Source of the DNA: Eledone cirrhosa | Lineage: Eukaryota | Direction of reading: 5' to 3' | DNA: 64,000 bases | Assembly: GCA_964016885.1 (NCBI GenBank) | Contig: OZ024750.1 | Coordinates: forward strand, 11,408,001 to 11,472,000 | Position numbers and translations under genes: made by a program | Notes under the pieces: generated by a model | Seen by the model: the letters and a program-made list of their open reading frames with translations, nothing else | Database searches by the model: none | Told to the model about the DNA's origin: nothing | Shown here: positions 59,414 to 64,000 of the stretch, piece by piece | Layout of the letters: the number at the start of each line of letters is the position of its first letter | Position numbering within the stretch: the stretch's first letter is position 1

Positions 59414-59620
59414 GTATCTGGCCATCATGCGATGGGTGAGAATGTCGGCCAAAGTAGTCATTGGGCTTATTGTAATCATATGGCTGGCCTCTTGTCTCAT
59501 AGCACTACCACTGGCTATTTATTCCAAGACCGAGAAGTTTAGTTATGCTGATGGCTCAACGCGAACACTCTGTTTCCAAGAGTGGCCGGATAACCAGACG
59601 AGTTCAAGTATTGAATTGGG
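59414..59620 (+). CDS. TKRPR: Tachykinin receptor-like GPCR, coding exon 2 (Y of DRY, ICL2, TM4, ECL2)
   Basis: Acceptor ttcttcttgcag|G. AG+G completes Arg, then YLAIMRWVRMSAKVVIGLIVIIWLASCLIALP...RTLCFQEWP (W4.50, ECL2 Cys). Donor GG|gtaagc, phase 2. Confidence 0.93.
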
Positions 59621-60226
59621 GTAAGCTCAATAGAAAATAAACATTGTGTGTGTGCGTGTGCGTGTGCGTGTGCGTGTGCGTGTGTGTGTGTGTGTAGAGA
59701 GAGAGAGGGAGAGGTGAGGATTAAACCAGTTAGACCATTATTCAACAGAGCACTCGATACTTGGGCCACGACTATTTCTAATATACTCCCACGTTGCAGG
59801 ACTTTATGTCCGTACCAGGGGCTTAGATTCATTTCTGCATAATCTGCAGCGGAAAAAAAGAAAGAAGAAAAAAAGAAAAGGAAAAAGAAGAAAAAAAGAA
59901 GAGAAAAGAAGGGAAGAAAGAAAAAGAAGGAAAAAGAAAAAGAAAGAAAAAAAGACGAAAAAAAGAAGGATAAAAGAAGCAAGGAGAAGGAAAAAAAGAA
60001 GAAAAAAAGAAAAAGAAGAAAAAAAGAAGAAATAAAAGAAAAAAGAAGAAAAAGAAAAAAGAAAGAAAAAGTTTCATGACTTCATTAGAGACGGCTTAAG
60101 TTCTGCGAAGAACTTAAATAAATCTCAAAGAAAACAAACACACATACACACACACACACACATGTACTCTTACATATGTACAGATTTATGAATAGACGCA
60201 CATACTCACTCACACATACACATGTG

Positions 60227-60262
<36 letters not shown>

Positions 60263-60314
60263 AAGATACAGGGAGGGAGAGATAGATAGAGATAGAGGGA
60301 GATAGATAGATAGA

Positions 60315-60795
60315 TTTCTTTATTTGCCACAAGGGCGCACAAGAAAAGGGGACAATACAAAGACACATGCCGGGGATTTTACATACAATCGTGTAAAAAA
60401 ATTTTTTAAACAAACAAATTCAACAATCGATATCCCCAATAGGGGGGAGGCGTTACAAATGGGTTGTTTAATACCCCGTAGATAGAACAACCCTCAACTC
60501 CAGGAGCGTGTTGTGCAAGTGCTCCTTTCCTCCTTTTGCTCTCATCTTCAACCTACAGGTTTATATACAGAGAAGGCCCAATCACTCGGGCGATTTTTGC
60601 TACATTCACCCACCTTTCAATAAATTTACTGGGGCGCAGTGCCTCTCTCTCAACTCTGATTCTCCTTCTAAAGTGGTACCTAAAGAAGGGAATGAGTTGT
60701 TGTCCGGAGAGAAAGGCATCTGTCCTCAGTCCTCTCAATCTCGTCCACCATATAATCTCTTTTACCATAGCCTCTATACAGAGGAAAACCGCCAA
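60315..60795 (-). mobile_element. 5'-truncated L1/Tx1-clade LINE 3' end, second copy
   Basis: Homologous to about 17465-17947 (KEIIWWTRLRGLR...FFRYHFRRRIRVEREALRPSKFIERWVNVAK). Ends gtggcaaataaagaaa; (TCTA)n on both sides. Confidence 0.85.
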
Positions 60796-61052
60796 GATAG
60801 ATAGATATATAGACAAACAAAAACTGAGAGAAAAAAACATTTTGCCATAAATATTTCCAATAAAATTTCTACAGTATACATCCATAAACCTAATTAGCAA
60901 TGTTGTAAAAAGTTAATTATTTTTAATTGTTAAAGCATGTTGTAAATGTGACTACAATGGCATTAAAATACTGTTAAAGTTTGTAATTGTAGTAATTACT
61001 AATTAGTGGTGCTACTAGTTTCTTTGAGGTTTCTTTTGGGGATAGAAATATA

Positions 61053-61580
61053 GTGTTGTTATTGGTGGTGGTGGTGACGGTGGTGTTGTTGTTGATGGTG
61101 GTGGTGGTGTTGGTGATGGTGGTGGTGATGCTGTTGTTGTTAGTGGTGATGGTGGTGGTGGTGCTGTTGTTGGTGATGGTGGTGGTGATGGTGGTGGTGT
61201 TGTTGGTTGTGATGATGGTGGTGGTGGTACTGGTGATGTTGTTGTTGTTGGTGGTGGTGGTGGTGTTTGTGGTGGTAGTGTTGGTGGTGGTGGTGATGGT
61301 AGTGTTGGTGATGTTGGTGGTGATGGTGATGATGGTAGTGTTGGTGATATTGGTGGTGGTGTTGGTGGTGGTGTTGTTGTTGTTGGTAGTCGTGATGGTG
61401 ATATTGGTGGTGGTGTTGTTTGTGGTGTTGTTGTTGGCGGTGGTTTTGTTGTTGGTGGTGGTGTTGTTGTTGATGGTAGAGGTGGTGGTGGTGTTGTTGA
61501 TGTAGTGGTGGTGGTGGTGTTGTTGATGGTAGTGGTGGTGGTGGTATTGTTGATGGTAGTGGTGGTGGTGGTGGTGTTTG
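61053..61580. repeat. Compound (GGT/GTT/GAT)n tract
   Basis: Direct reading. Confidence 0.95.
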
Positions 61581-61786
61581 TTTGTTTGTTATTTTACGTC
61601 TATTTTATCATGCCTGGTTTCTGGGTTAAATGTAAAGCTGCAGATTTAATACTGTTGTTAGATTTATTATTGTTGCTCTTGTTGTTGCTGTTGTCGTTGA
61701 TGTTTTAACCCCAGGTCAGCAGATGGTCAAAGGGGGTATCATGGAATGTAATCTTGTTATGATTATCTAAACACTACAGTAAGTAA

Positions 61787-61940
61787 CATGTTAGTACTTT
61801 ATCAAGCCTACAGTCCTCTCCCAGATAGGCTGGACACCACATGTTACTATTTCATCAGACCTACTGTCCTCTCCCAGACGGGCTGAACACCACATGTTAG
61901 TATTTCATCAACCCTATTGTCCTATCCCAGATAGGCTGGG
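61787..61940. repeat. Tandem repeat of about 53 bp, 3 copies
   Basis: acatgtta.ta.tt.atca..cctactgtcct.tcccaga..ggctg recurs three times. Confidence 0.8.
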
Positions 61941-62595
61941 CATAGTTTCTGAATGCCCGTTTCTATTACCAAGAACTTTTCAGAATGTACTGGTACATTT
62001 TATCGTGGCACCAACAGTGGGAATGTCGTCATGTCCTTCACACAACTGAAGAGTCCTCGCAACGCTGTGTATGGCAGGGTTTTTTACAGTTGAATACCAT
62101 TCCCAATTCACCCACAACAGAGTGTACTTTGTGCCACCAGCTTTACAAAGGTTACCATCTCCGTAACGTGATAGAAGAGTCCTCACAACTTTTTGGGGGC
62201 GTAGTTTCTATGGCTGGATGTTCTTTCTAACAGAAGCCAGTTTACAGAATCTCCTGGCACTAGCACAAGAGTGGTATATACGTAATGCAAAGGTTTATTG
62301 AGTTTGTTGTCTTTTAGCTTATCAGAAATGACTGTTCGGTATATTTTGGATGTGGAGTTCGAATTCTTCTGTTGTATTTGTCATTTTCTTAAAATAACAC
62401 AAAACAACTTTTAACCAGCTTACTATCAAGTATAATATTAAGAGATTTACGACACCATTATTTCATTCATAGATATGTCTGTGTACGTGTAAGAGGGAGA
62501 CGGGAGAGAGAGGGAGAGATACAAGGAAGACTTAGTGAGCAGGCACCAGTTTCTGTTATAATTTTATTTAATTTTCCTCGTTCTTCTCTTGACAG

Positions 62596-62746
62596 ATATA
62601 ACATTTTTGTGATGGTTGTCAACTATTTTCTGCCCATGTTTATTTTAATTATCACATACACGTTCCTGGGCAAAGAACTTTGGGGTAGCAAAGCAATTGG
62701 TGAGAATACTTCCATCCAACAACAAAGGGTCAAAGCAAAACAAAAG
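62596..62746 (+). CDS. TKRPR: Tachykinin receptor-like GPCR, coding exon 3 (TM5, ICL3); gene continues beyond the window
   Basis: Acceptor cttctcttgacag|A. GG+A gives Gly, then YNIFVMVVNYFLPMFILIITYTFLGKELWGSKAIGENTSIQQQRVKAKQK. Donor AAG|gtaagc, phase 0. The frame joins exon 2 correctly. Confidence 0.93.
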
Positions 62747-62878
62747 GTAAGCCTAACTCGTTTGTACTTATTACATCTACCTACTTTGAATGAAACTACA
62801 GTAAATGTTTAGTTTTATTCAAATGCACCATTGCAGTACGGCATACATATCGGCATATATACACTGACATACATACAT

Positions 62879-62946
<68 letters not shown>

Positions 62947-62950
<4 letters not shown>

Positions 62951-63112
62951 AGATTCAGGACCCCGACGGCTAATTTGGATCTAGCTGTCGAAACGGCCGG
63001 AGCTCAGCCGTCGGGGTCCTGAATCTTTTCATATTACCCACACTACTACCCCAAGTATTGAGTACTCTGGTATGTTATGTTCCACCTGGTATCTTATCAC
63101 TCCCTCTTTGTT
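62947..63112. mobile_element. Hammerhead element family H1 (left arm internally deleted)
   Basis: GAAACGGC-cggagctca-GCCGTC-GGGG with tail agtattgagtactctgg; preceded by (TA)n. Confidence 0.8.
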
Positions 63113-63117
63113 TTGTG

Positions 63118-63154
<37 letters not shown>

Positions 63155-63166
63155 GGACTTCAATAT

Positions 63167-63381
63167 TATGGTTTCTGATTTAGGTAAAAGGCCAACAATC
63201 TTTGGAGAAGAGAAAGTTGATTAAATCGACCTCAGTGTGTTACTGGTACTTTATTTTATAGACCCCGTAAGGATGAAAGGCAAAGCTAACCTCGACGGGA
63301 TTTGAACTCAGACCGTAAAGGGACGTAAATGTAACTGTGTACCGCAAAGCGTGTTTACCGATTACTATTAATCCGCTGCCC
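63167..63381 (-). mobile_element. SINE family A variant
   Basis: ctggtactttattttatagaccccgtaaggatgaaaggcaaag is the reverse complement of the family core; a similar copy lies at 54765-54895. Confidence 0.75.
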
Positions 63382-63934
63382 TTTTACTGTAAGATAATAA
63401 ATAAGGTTTCATTTGAAGAAAATTTAGTTGATATTTATTCCTAGCAAATTAAATGTCCTTTAATAGATATTCGTTACATTATCCCATCATATTGGAAGAC
63501 CTACATGATAATAAATCATTCATTAATTTGACTGAACCGAATTGTATCTATCTCACGATACCAATTTACAACAACATCGAGTAGAAATTGACTTCGTATA
63601 TGGACATGAGATTGTGTGATCAACAAGACACAAACGAATTTTTGTCTGGCTTTTCTTGAAACAATAAAAGGAACCCCTATGTAGTCGCTAGAGCTGCTAC
63701 GAAAGAAAAAGCCAAATTTTCCTCAATTCCTAAAAAAACAAAGATCGCATTGAGATAGTTCTAGATGAAATATATCTGAATAAAATACAAGATATTTCCA
63801 ACTGTAAAGTCCTTCTTCAGAGAACATCTGGATTAGGGTTGATCGGAGGTTAAACAGCAGCAATAAATAAAAGTATACACATTTCTACTTATCTACATTA
63901 AACAACCCTTTACACACACACATTATATATATAT

Positions 63935-64000
63935 GGTGGATTGGCAGTATCGGTAGAGGGTCGGACGCCATGCTTTGATGCATAGAGGTGCGGCCCTTTC
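63935..64000 (+). mobile_element. SINE family A, 5' part cut by the window end
   Basis: ggtggattggcagtatcggtagagggtcggacgccatgctttg. Confidence 0.8.

Overview
Very AT-rich, microsatellite-saturated eukaryotic DNA; the repeat content and the receptor sequence suggest an octopod cephalopod (inference). One protein-coding gene is supported: a + strand tachykinin(-related peptide) receptor-like class A GPCR with three coding exons in the window (37764-38248, 59414-59620, 62596-62746; TM1-TM5 and ICL3). It has a 5'-UTR intron, a 21.2-kb first coding intron splitting the DRY motif, and its TM6-TM7 exons lie beyond the window. The rest is (TA)n/(TG)n/(TACA)n/trinucleotide tracts, minisatellites (63 x 36 bp, several 15-bp units), two tRNA-derived SINE families, RTE and Tx1 LINE fragments, a hAT transposase fossil and DNA-transposon MITEs. 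The most notable signal is at least six unrelated families of short elements, mostly head-to-head inverted and nearly all beside or inside (TA)n tracts. They carry type I hammerhead-ribozyme-like motifs (CUGANGA-like core, stem II, GAAAC, palindromic stem/loop III, GUH) of the kind known from Penelope-like retroelement termini. Several families also share an ATYGAGTRCT(C) 3' motif, and one shows a compensatory base change in stem III. Almost all other ORF-track entries are translations of simple repeats. All alignments and folds were done by eye.
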